Assembly: GCA_964616855.1 (NCBI GenBank)
Contig: CAZTUJ010000001.1
Coordinates: forward strand, 67,872-131,871
Direction of reading: 5' to 3'
DNA length: 64,000 nucleotides
Source of the DNA: an uncultured Gammaproteobacteria bacterium
GTDB taxonomy: Bacteria > Patescibacteriota > Patescibacteriia > Patescibacteriales > UBA12465
The translations under genes were made by a program, and so were the position numbers. The stretch's first letter is position 1. Each line of letters begins with the position of its first letter. The notes under the pieces were generated by a model that did no database searches, was not told where the DNA came from, and saw only the letters and a program-made list of their open reading frames with translations. Of this stretch, positions 55,509-63,266 are shown piece by piece.

Positions 55509-55520
55509 GTTTTTTCTAAT

Positions 55521-55549
55521 TTGACATTTTTGCCATTTTTAATTAGGAT
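55521..55549 (+). promoter_or_regulatory. sigma70-like promoter
   Basis: TTGACA (55521-55526), a 17-nt spacer, then TAGGAT (55544-55549), upstream of ORF 55607. Confidence 0.45.
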
Positions 55550-55606
55550 AAGCTTATTCTTATAGTTACTTACAATCAATTTAGTATTCACCAAAAATTT
55601 TACGTC

Positions 55607-57118
55607 ATGAAACGAAAATTTATTGTGCTGCCCTTAGACGGGTTTGCCTCCGCAGAGGCGTTAATGGATTATCTGAGAAATTTGCTGGACGAATTGGCCG
55701 GCGACGAATTACTCGATTATTTGGCCTACATCAAACTGAACGACGGGGTCCACAATCTGGATGCTGGCGGGCCTTTGATTGTAGAGCAGATAATCGCTGA
55801 ATTAAAAAAGCGTGACTTGCCCGTAGAGATTTTTTTGGATCTCAAGATTGGGGACGTCTCTGCTACCGTTACCAATGTCCTGAAAAAATATCAAAACCTG
55901 CCCATTGGCATCCTCACTGTTTCTTCGCTCTGTAGTGTTGAAACTCTCATTAAACTGAGGCTGCTTATGCCCGACACCAAGCTGGCCATGCTTTCTGCTC
56001 TGACCGACATTAGCCGGGAAGAGTTTCAAATTCGTTTCGGCATGACTCCCGGAATGCAGATTTTGAAGGATTGGCAGAACATCAGCGCCGTCTATCACAG
56101 TCAAGCTGGCAAGTATGAAAATTGGCAGCATCCCTTAGCTTTTGATCTGGTGGTTTGTTCACCAGAGGAACTTGAATTTTTGAATAAAAATTTGCCCGCT
56201 TGGGTTGGCACCATTGTTCCTAGTATTCGTGACGAATGGATGAGGAAGGCTAACGAACACCAAAAACGGTTTACCGGCGTGCGCCAGGCTTTGAATGAAG
56301 AGGCTACTTTTGTAGTGATGGGTGCTCAATTTGTTAAAGGTAATCCTGATTTGAATATCAGCCCTCAGGAAAGCCGTCGTCTCACATTGCAGGAGGTTAA
56401 GCTTTCACTTCGTTTTGAATCCGGTGATCCTTTAGAGCTCCTTAAGAGCTATGAAGGCTACTATTGTAGCAAGATTGATGTCGATGGCATTGTTGGTCCT
56501 TTGGTGGCCTATGCCGGTACCTACCCCAGTGAAGACGGACCCAAAAACTTCGTAGGTTATGAGTACTTTAATTTTGCCAAAGCTGAACCCGATCCCGCAG
56601 CTCGCTCCTATTTTGCCAATCTGATTGCCGAAGAGTTGTCGGTACAGAATTTGACTGGCAATGTGGTGCTGGGGGCCCCAATGGGTGGAATCTTGTTGGC
56701 CAGCACTTTAGGCGAAGAATTAGGTGTATCCACCATCTTTGCTGAGAAGAAGGTGACGGCCTTAGCTGATCCTGCCAATGGCAAAAAGGAGCAAAGCGTT
56801 CCCATCATTGAACGGCATTCCTTAAAAGCCGGTGACCGGGTAATTATTGTCGAAGACGTTGTAAATAATTTCTCCACTACTCAGAAATTACATGACATTA
56901 TTACCGCTCGCGAAGCCAAATTGGTGGCAATCGCCTGTGCCTTTAACCGCTCGGGTAAAAACGATTGGAATGGTATTCCGGTCGTGGCTGCTTTATCTAT
57001 TAAGGCAAAACAGTTTCATCAGAATGATCCGGCTGTTGCCACTTTAATGGCAGGCGGTGAAATTGTCTGGCACCCAAAAGACGAATGGCCTGTTTTAAAA
57101 AAGGCCATGGAAGATTAA
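55607..57118 (+). CDS. fusion protein: OMP-decarboxylase-like N-terminal domain + type I phosphoribosyltransferase C-terminal domain
   Basis: The N-terminal YIKLNDG and FLDLKIGDVSAT match the ODCase K...DxKxxD[IV]xxT pattern. The C-terminus has VLGAPMGGILLA and the PRPP loop DRVIIVEDVVNNFSTT. Confidence 0.6.
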   Translation: MKRKFIVLPLDGFASAEALMDYLRNLLDELAGDELLDYLAYIKLNDGVHNLDAGGPLIVEQIIAELKKRDLPVEIFLDLKIGDVSATVTNVLKKYQNLPIGILTVSSLCSVETLIKLRLLMPDTKLAMLSALTDISREEFQIRFGMTPGMQILKDWQNISAVYHSQAGKYENWQHPLAFDLVVCSPEELEFLNKNLPAWVGTIVPSIRDEWMRKANEHQKRFTGVRQALNEEATFVVMGAQFVKGNPDLNISPQESRRLTLQEVKLSLRFESGDPLELLKSYEGYYCSKIDVDGIVGPLVAYAGTYPSEDGPKNFVGYEYFNFAKAEPDPAARSYFANLIAEELSVQNLTGNVVLGAPMGGILLASTLGEELGVSTIFAEKKVTALADPANGKKEQSVPIIERHSLKAGDRVIIVEDVVNNFSTTQKLHDIITAREAKLVAIACAFNRSGKNDWNGIPVVAALSIKAKQFHQNDPAVATLMAGGEIVWHPKDEWPVLKKAMED

Positions 57119-57135
57119 GCCATTATTTGTTATTT

Positions 57136-57168
57136 GAAAAAGACGCTATCAGTGGTAGCGTCTTTTTA
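57136..57168 (+). terminator. rho-independent terminator
   Basis: aaaaagacgcta-tcagtgg-tagcgtcttttt. Confidence 0.75.
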
Positions 57169-57247
57169 TTTTATCTTTTTGTGTAATTAAAGGGATATTG
57201 ATATAATTAAATTATAGGCCTTAGCCTTTATTCACTTATTTATTGAT

Positions 57248-58672
57248 ATGGAAAAATATAAGGTTATGCGCGATCGGGAGCTGATGTTAACGCCGCTTTC
57301 TTGGAATAATCTTTCACAGACCTCTCAGCGGTCAAAAGATTTTTTTGGTGTCAATCAGGTTCTTATCTACAGCCATTTTAAAGATGGGCGCGATGTGCAA
57401 TTTCATTTAAGGGCTAATTGGCGACGAGCAGAGAAGGTAATCGCCGATGACTATTTTAATAATCAGCAGTTTTTTGATAATTTGGAAGTTATCTTATCAC
57501 AACAAGCTAAAGCAGTCAGTATTTTTTTAAAACGTCTTCGCCGGATAAATTTGCAGACCATGTCCCCGGCAGATTTAGTTTCTTTGGCCGTTGATATTCA
57601 GGCTGCTTGGTTGGACTACGATGAGATTAATGTCCCCGCTTGGTTTTGGGCGGCGGATGAATTTTCTGTACGCTTGCAGAAACTTTTACCAGTGAGTTCG
57701 ACTGAATATCTTATTCTCAGCACCCCTGATGTTAATACTTATGCTAGCAGGCTGGAACATGATTTGTTAAAAAAATGGCTTTTAGTGCAAGCTTCTAAGC
57801 TTAATCTTAAAGCTGCGGCTCAATCTTTAGCTGATAATTATGGCTGGCTGCCTTTTGGTTATGATGGCCCGGAGTATTGGGATAATAAGTATTTTTTATG
57901 TCAGTTAAAGGCCTTGGGGCGTAATTATAAGCGGCGAGAGGCGATTGCTCAAGAAGAATCTGCTTGGCGCCAGCGCTTACGGCAGAAGCAAAATATTATT
58001 AAACGTTATCACTTCACCAAGAAAGAGTTACGGTATTTGGCAATTATTAATAAGTTAGCGATTTGGACGGACGAACGTAAAAAGTTGGAATTCCAACTTC
58101 ATTATCATTACGCTCGCGTTCTTTGGTCTTTAGAAAAAAAATTAGGCATTCCTTATATTAACCTTAAATATCTTTTTACAGAAGAGTTGTCTGGTTTGTT
58201 AAAAAATAAAGATAAGTTGATTAAAATATCTTCCCGTCGGCTTCGCTCAGATTTTATGTTTGCCACCAAGAATGGGAAAATTAGAATTTTACCAGCCTCG
58301 GAGAAGAATAAGATTTTAAGGGAAATATCTCAACAGAATAAAGAGCAATTGGTAAAAGGCGCGGTTGCTTCTTCGGGCGCGGTCTCTTTTTATGAGGGGC
58401 GGGTGAAGGTTTTACTTTCTCCGACCGATAGTGATAAAGTTCAGATGGGCGAGATCATTATCGCGACCATGACCAGTCCCGACTATATTGTCGCGATGAA
58501 ACGAGCCGGCGCTTTCATCACCGATGAGGGCGGAGTTACCTGCCATGCCGCGATTGTCGCGAGAGAAATGCACAAGCCTTGTTTAATTGGCACAAAAATT
58601 GCTACTAAGAAATTTAAAGATAATGACTGCGTCCGGATGGATCTTCAACACGGAACGGTCACCTTAATCTAA
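57248..58672 (+). CDS. swivel-domain paralog P7 (unlinked seventh copy)
   Basis: C-terminus MTSPDYIVAMKRAGAFITDEGGVTCHAAIVAREMHKPCLIGTKIATKKFKDND. The N-terminal helical domain is collinear with P1-P6. Confidence 0.85.
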   Translation: MEKYKVMRDRELMLTPLSWNNLSQTSQRSKDFFGVNQVLIYSHFKDGRDVQFHLRANWRRAEKVIADDYFNNQQFFDNLEVILSQQAKAVSIFLKRLRRINLQTMSPADLVSLAVDIQAAWLDYDEINVPAWFWAADEFSVRLQKLLPVSSTEYLILSTPDVNTYASRLEHDLLKKWLLVQASKLNLKAAAQSLADNYGWLPFGYDGPEYWDNKYFLCQLKALGRNYKRREAIAQEESAWRQRLRQKQNIIKRYHFTKKELRYLAIINKLAIWTDERKKLEFQLHYHYARVLWSLEKKLGIPYINLKYLFTEELSGLLKNKDKLIKISSRRLRSDFMFATKNGKIRILPASEKNKILREISQQNKEQLVKGAVASSGAVSFYEGRVKVLLSPTDSDKVQMGEIIIATMTSPDYIVAMKRAGAFITDEGGVTCHAAIVAREMHKPCLIGTKIATKKFKDNDCVRMDLQHGTVTLI

Positions 58673-58678
58673 ATTTAT

Positions 58679-58849
58679 ATGGCTCATGAAATTGAGGCTG
58701 ACTTTGTCAGCGATTGGGGAAATGAGGCGACGCAGTGTCAGCGTTGCACTAGTTTTAAAGTGTTAGCGGACGGTCGCCCTTTTTGCAGCGAAGCACAAGC
58801 GGAGGTGCCGCCGACGGCTCATTGTGATTTTTTTCAAGCAATTGATTAA
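58679..58849 (+). CDS. small 4-Cys protein (56 aa), HiPIP-like Cys spacing
   Basis: Too short to appear in the ORF track. Hand translation: MAHEIEADFVSDWGNEATQCQRCTSFKVLADGRPFCSEAQAEVPPTAHCDFFQAID. Pattern C-x2-C-x12-C-x12-C. Packed tightly between P7 and the flavodoxin gene. Confidence 0.35.
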   Translation: MAHEIEADFVSDWGNEATQCQRCTSFKVLADGRPFCSEAQAEVPPTAHCDFFQAID

Positions 58850-58853
58850 TTTT

Positions 58854-59315
58854 ATGAAAACTCTCATTATTTACGATTCTGTTTTCGGTAATACCGCCCA
58901 AGCAGCTAATTTCTTAGCTGATACTTTAGGCTCGGATGTACTAGCTAAGCCCTTAGCTGAAACCGTAGCGGCTGATATTAGCGCCGTGGAGCGGGTAGTT
59001 GTCGCTACTCCGACTCACGCTGGTAGAGCGAGTCAGCCCTGGCAGAATTTTTTGAAATTTTTGCCTGCCGATATTTGGAGGAGTAAAAGAGTGGCGGTCT
59101 TTAGCACGGGTTTACCCGCTCAAGATAAAAATTTTTTTCTTAAGATTTTATTAAAAATTTTAGGCTATGCGGCCACCCCGACTTTAGCCTTATTATTAAA
59201 AAAAGGCGCCTTGCTCGCCGGAGAACCTTTAGATTTAATGGTGGCCGCTAAGCAAGGCCCATTATTGCCGGGTGAGTTAGATCGTTTATCGGCTTGGGCA
59301 CTTAAATTAAAATGA
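58854..59315 (+). CDS. flavodoxin-family protein
   Basis: MKTLIIYDSVFGNT is the flavodoxin FMN-phosphate loop. ATG at 58854 is preferred over the track start at 58824. The stop overlaps the photolyase ATG as ATGA. Confidence 0.7.
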   Translation: MKTLIIYDSVFGNTAQAANFLADTLGSDVLAKPLAETVAADISAVERVVVATPTHAGRASQPWQNFLKFLPADIWRSKRVAVFSTGLPAQDKNFFLKILLKILGYAATPTLALLLKKGALLAGEPLDLMVAAKQGPLLPGELDRLSAWALKLK

Positions 59316-60652
59316 TTAACTGGGAACAACGGGTTAGAACTTTGAATAATAAAGCTATTAAAGATGGTCCAGTTTTATATTGGCTCTCCCGCGATCAGCG
59401 TCTGCATGATAATTGGGCGCTTCTGTCTGCTCAGGCCTTGGCTTTTAAAAATAAGCAGCCTTTAATTATTGCTTTTTGTTTATTGCCAAAATTTTTGGGG
59501 GCGACAGCTCGGCAATATGATTTTATGTTGGCTGGTTTGCAGGAATTGGCAATTGAAGCGAAGCAATTTAATATTTCTTTTCAGATTGTTAGTGGCAAGC
59601 CGGTTACAGAGATCCCTGGTTTATGCAAACGTTTAGGTGCCGGGGCTGTTTTTACTGATTTTTCTCCCTTACGTCTGTCTCGGCTTTGGAAAAAAGGAGT
59701 GGGAGCTAAACTCGGCTGTGCTTTTTTTGAAGTGGACGCTCATAATATTGTACCGGTTTGGTTAGCCTCACAGAAACAAGAATTTGGCGCCTATACTTTG
59801 CGCCCGAAGATCAATAGACTATTGTCGGAATATCTTCAGCCTTTTCCTAAACTGAAAAAGCACCCCTTGACTGTTTCTACTGTCGCTCCTGATTGGAAAA
59901 AATTGCGTTCTTCCTTAACTATCGATGAAAGTATTGGGGTGGTAAAGGGATTTATTTCCGGAGAGAAGGCGGCCCAGGCGGCAATGAAAACCTTTCTTAA
60001 AAATGGTTTATCCGGCTATTCTCAGCGTCGCAATGATCCAAGCTTAGCGGGTCAGTCTAATTTGTCTCCCTATCTTCATTTCGGTCAGCTTAGTGCTCAG
60101 ACTTTAGCTTTGGCGGTAATGAAAGCGGCGGTGCCTTTGCTTGACCGGGAAGCTTTTTTAGAGGAATTGATTGTACGCCGGGAATTGGCGGATAATTTTT
60201 GTTTGTATAATGATAATTATGATAATCCTGATGGTTTTCCCGATTGGGCAAAGCGGAGCTTGGCTAAACATTTTTCTGATAACCGCGAATATAATTATAG
60301 TCGGCTTCAGCTGGAGCGTGGCCTGACTCACGATGTTCTCTGGAATGCCGCTCAGCAAGAGATGCTTAAAAACGGCAAGATGCATGGTTATTTACGAATG
60401 TATTGGGCCAAGAAAATTTTAGAGTGGACGCCTGACCTTAAAACTGCCATGAAGATTGCAATTTATCTCAATGATAAATATGAGCTAGACGGCCGTGACC
60501 CCAATGGCTATGCGGGTATTGCTTGGAGTTTAGGCGGTGTTCATGATCGGGCTTGGTTTGAACGTCCGGTTTTCGGACAAATTCGCTATATGAATGACAA
60601 AGGTTGTCGCCGCAAGTTTGATGTGGATGCCTACATTAAGAAATTCTCATAG
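59312..60652 (+). CDS. phr: class II CPD deoxyribodipyrimidine photolyase
   Basis: GPVLYWLSRDQRLHDNWAL, RQYDFMLAGLQEL and the C-terminal FAD-binding region MHGYLRMYWAKKILEW. 446 aa. Confidence 0.88.
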   Translation: MINWEQRVRTLNNKAIKDGPVLYWLSRDQRLHDNWALLSAQALAFKNKQPLIIAFCLLPKFLGATARQYDFMLAGLQELAIEAKQFNISFQIVSGKPVTEIPGLCKRLGAGAVFTDFSPLRLSRLWKKGVGAKLGCAFFEVDAHNIVPVWLASQKQEFGAYTLRPKINRLLSEYLQPFPKLKKHPLTVSTVAPDWKKLRSSLTIDESIGVVKGFISGEKAAQAAMKTFLKNGLSGYSQRRNDPSLAGQSNLSPYLHFGQLSAQTLALAVMKAAVPLLDREAFLEELIVRRELADNFCLYNDNYDNPDGFPDWAKRSLAKHFSDNREYNYSRLQLERGLTHDVLWNAAQQEMLKNGKMHGYLRMYWAKKILEWTPDLKTAMKIAIYLNDKYELDGRDPNGYAGIAWSLGGVHDRAWFERPVFGQIRYMNDKGCRRKFDVDAYIKKFS

Positions 60653-60676
60653 TATTATTAATAGTTTTTAGTATTT

Positions 60677-60707
60677 AAAAACTATTCCCTGATGGGAATA
60701 GTTTTTT
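60677..60707. terminator. bidirectional hairpin terminator
   Basis: aaaaactattccc-tgat-gggaatagtttttt between convergent phr (+) and the MATE gene (-). Confidence 0.8.
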
Positions 60708-60726
60708 ATTTTCAATCTTCAATTTT

Positions 60727-62148
60727 TTAGCTCTCTAGGGGGATGGCTGTTTCCAGCTCTGCTTCTTGTCGGGTTTGCTCGCTTAGTCTTTCTTCTTCAG
60801 AAATTAATTTTTTCTTCTCCCAAGCACTGCGCTTAAACACGATTAAATAAACGGCCGCCATAATGACGTTAGTAAGGGGGAAGGCTAGCCAAAGACCATC
60901 GATTCCTAGGCTACTGAAACGGGAGAAGAGATAGACTAGGGGAATTTGTACTAGCCATTGAGAAGCTAAAGTTAGACTCATTGCCTTCGTGGTGCTACCA
61001 GCCGCTTGTAGGGTGCTACCAATGATAATTTGCAGACCGATGAGACCGAAAATAGGAGCGATGAAGCGTAGGTAATGGGCACCAGCGGCAATAACGGCGG
61101 TATCGTTAGGTACGAAAAAGCCAATTAACAGGGGCGCGAAGATAAAGGAAATTAAGCCGAGGAAGCTGAAGGCGAGGAAAGATATTTTTAAGCTAAGTAA
61201 GGCGAAGCGTTTAGCTCGAGCCGCTTGCCCGGCCCCCAAATTTTGACCAACTAAAGCGGCATTAGCCCCAGCTAAGCCAAAGGAAACCATCAGCATTAAT
61301 TGCAGGATGTTAGTTCCGACACCATAGGCGGCCACGGCCAGGGTGCCGAAAGCAGCGATGAGAGCGGTAATAATACTGAGGCTCAAACTACGAGCAGATT
61401 GTTCAATTGAGGCTGGTAGTCCCAAAAAAAAGGCGCGTTTAATGAAAGCAAAGTCAGGAATGAAATCACGATAGTGGAGATGAATGCCGTGTTTGCCGGC
61501 AAAGAGCATACCTAAGCCAATAAAAGCGGCAATACTTTGGGTGCCGATGGTGGCTAGGGCAACGCCGGTAACGCCTAGGGCGGGTATGGGGCCGTAGCCA
61601 AACATGAAGAGGGGGTCAAGGATAAAATTTAGGGCTACTGTGCCGATGACAATATAAACCGGAGTTTGTGGCCGGCCAATACTGCGCATAATGGATTGAA
61701 AAATAAAGAAACAGAAATTAAAGATTAAGCCGAGAAAAGAGATGCGGAGATAGGCTTGGGCATCTTTTAGAATACTTGCGTCGGTTCTTAGGAGCTTGAG
61801 AATGTCTGGGGCAAAAATGTAGCCAATGAGGCTGAAGAGGGCGGAGATTATTAAAACCATTAGCATAGTCTGGGCGGCAGCATGGCTGAGCATCTTTTCA
61901 TTTTTAGCGCCAAAGTATTGAGCGGTCAGGGTGGAGCCGGCAACGGCTAGGCCGATGCCGAGACTGGTCATAAAAAAGAGGATGGGCATGCTCATGGTGA
62001 CAGCGGCCATCGCTTTTTCGCCCAGACGGCCGACCCAGAACGCGTCGGTAAATTGATAGGCGACTTGGAATAACTGGACCAGGATGATGGGTGTCGCCAT
62101 TTTTAATAGCGGTTTGAGCATTTTCTCCTTGTTATTGTCATTAATCAT
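60727..62148 (-). CDS. MATE-family efflux transporter
   Basis: 473 aa with about 12 TM helices. The N-terminus LKMATPIILVQLFQVAYQFTDAFWVGRLG is typical of MATE/NorM. Confidence 0.85.
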   Translation of the reverse strand: MINDNNKEKMLKPLLKMATPIILVQLFQVAYQFTDAFWVGRLGEKAMAAVTMSMPILFFMTSLGIGLAVAGSTLTAQYFGAKNEKMLSHAAAQTMLMVLIISALFSLIGYIFAPDILKLLRTDASILKDAQAYLRISFLGLIFNFCFFIFQSIMRSIGRPQTPVYIVIGTVALNFILDPLFMFGYGPIPALGVTGVALATIGTQSIAAFIGLGMLFAGKHGIHLHYRDFIPDFAFIKRAFFLGLPASIEQSARSLSLSIITALIAAFGTLAVAAYGVGTNILQLMLMVSFGLAGANAALVGQNLGAGQAARAKRFALLSLKISFLAFSFLGLISFIFAPLLIGFFVPNDTAVIAAGAHYLRFIAPIFGLIGLQIIIGSTLQAAGSTTKAMSLTLASQWLVQIPLVYLFSRFSSLGIDGLWLAFPLTNVIMAAVYLIVFKRSAWEKKKLISEEERLSEQTRQEAELETAIPLES

Positions 62149-62270
62149 ATTTTTATTTTTAAGCTCTGTTAGTTTAGCTTATTTTTAAGCTCTTCACAAG
62201 GATGAACTGTTTGTGGTCTTTATCTCTATTTTTTGCTATAATATAAATCTAATAATTAATTATTAAATTT

Positions 62271-63134
62271 ATGAAAAAAATATTAGCTTTAACTTTGCTT
62301 TTAGCTTTAGTTTTTTCCGTTTTTGCTTTTTTACCAGCGCGTGCGGAAAACGATTATAATGATGATAATAATGAAGAAGAGACAAGAGTAATTATGAGCA
62401 CCAGTACCGCTAGCGGGGTGGTGGTTGAAAAAATCTCTTCTCCTGATCAAATTAGATACTTCCGAGTTATTAAAAAAGAGAACGGTGCTTTGTATGGCAT
62501 TCGTTTAGAAAAAATGGAAAAGGCAGAAAAATCTGAAAAATCAGAAAAAATGGAAAAGGCAGAAAAATCTGAAAAAAAAGAAGCGAACGAATCTTTACGG
62601 AAAAATGAAAATGTCTCAGCTAGTAATAATAGGGGCGAGTTGGAAAAGATTTTAGCCCCGCAGTTTATTGGTTTGTATGAACGGATTCAGAAAGTTGGTA
62701 ATTCTTTGTGGGGCGTTAAGAGAAATAACGATGACAAAGATGAGGTAAAAAATGCTCCTAAGTATCGGGAAATAACGGCAGAAATGCGAGTGTGCGTCGC
62801 CGCTGCTATTGATGTGAAGGACGAAGCTCTTAAAGCCCGCGTTACTGTAACCGGGACAGAGTTGAATGCGGCTATCACTGCTCGTGGTGAATGTCAGAAA
62901 AATGCAATTGCAAGTTTGGAGAATCAGCGCGAAAATTTAAATGTCTGCGTCAAAAATTTCCAGATAAAGCATAAAGAAATTGTGAATAAGGCCAAAGAAG
63001 CCCAGCAGGCGGCTTGGAAGACCTATCAGACCAGCTTAAAAGCCTGTCTTCCTAATATTGTTTCAACTAGCACGGCTGAGATTATGATTGAAGATGGCGG
63101 CTCGGCCGCTTTAGAGGCAGTTTCGATGCAATAA
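62271..63134 (+). CDS. secreted Lys/Glu-rich protein with internal tandem duplication
   Basis: Signal peptide MKKILALTLLLALVFSVFAFLPARA. Repeat EKMEKAEKSEKS x2. An extended -10 element, TGcTATAAT, lies at 62234-62242. Confidence 0.6.
   Translation: MKKILALTLLLALVFSVFAFLPARAENDYNDDNNEEETRVIMSTSTASGVVVEKISSPDQIRYFRVIKKENGALYGIRLEKMEKAEKSEKSEKMEKAEKSEKKEANESLRKNENVSASNNRGELEKILAPQFIGLYERIQKVGNSLWGVKRNNDDKDEVKNAPKYREITAEMRVCVAAAIDVKDEALKARVTVTGTELNAAITARGECQKNAIASLENQRENLNVCVKNFQIKHKEIVNKAKEAQQAAWKTYQTSLKACLPNIVSTSTAEIMIEDGGSAALEAVSMQ
62508..62579 (+). repeat. 36-bp tandem duplication (2 copies) inside a CDS
   Basis: gaaaaaatggaaaaggcagaaaaatctgaaaaatca is repeated head-to-tail. The second copy diverges only in its last few bases. 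Confidence 0.85.
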
Positions 63135-63146
63135 TTTATTTGATTT

Positions 63147-63180
63147 TAAAAAAGGCCCGGCTTGCCGGGCCTTTTGTTTT
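63147..63180 (+). terminator. rho-independent terminator
   Basis: aaaaaaggcccgg-cttg-ccgggcctttt. Confidence 0.8.
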
Positions 63181-63266
63181 GCGCTTTTTTCTGCTATTAT
63201 GTATTAACTCTTATTAATTAATTTTGTGGGCCCTTCGTTCTCATTAATTGGCTCCATCTGTTTCCT

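Noticed and set aside
52099-55510. A prophage or integrative element with its own recombinase at tRNA-Ser.
   Set aside because: None of the ORFs here, or anywhere else in the window, shows tyrosine or serine recombinase, transposase, or phage structural motifs. Only the att-like repeat and the atypical composition support mobility, so I report it as a scar or cargo cassette rather than a mobile element.
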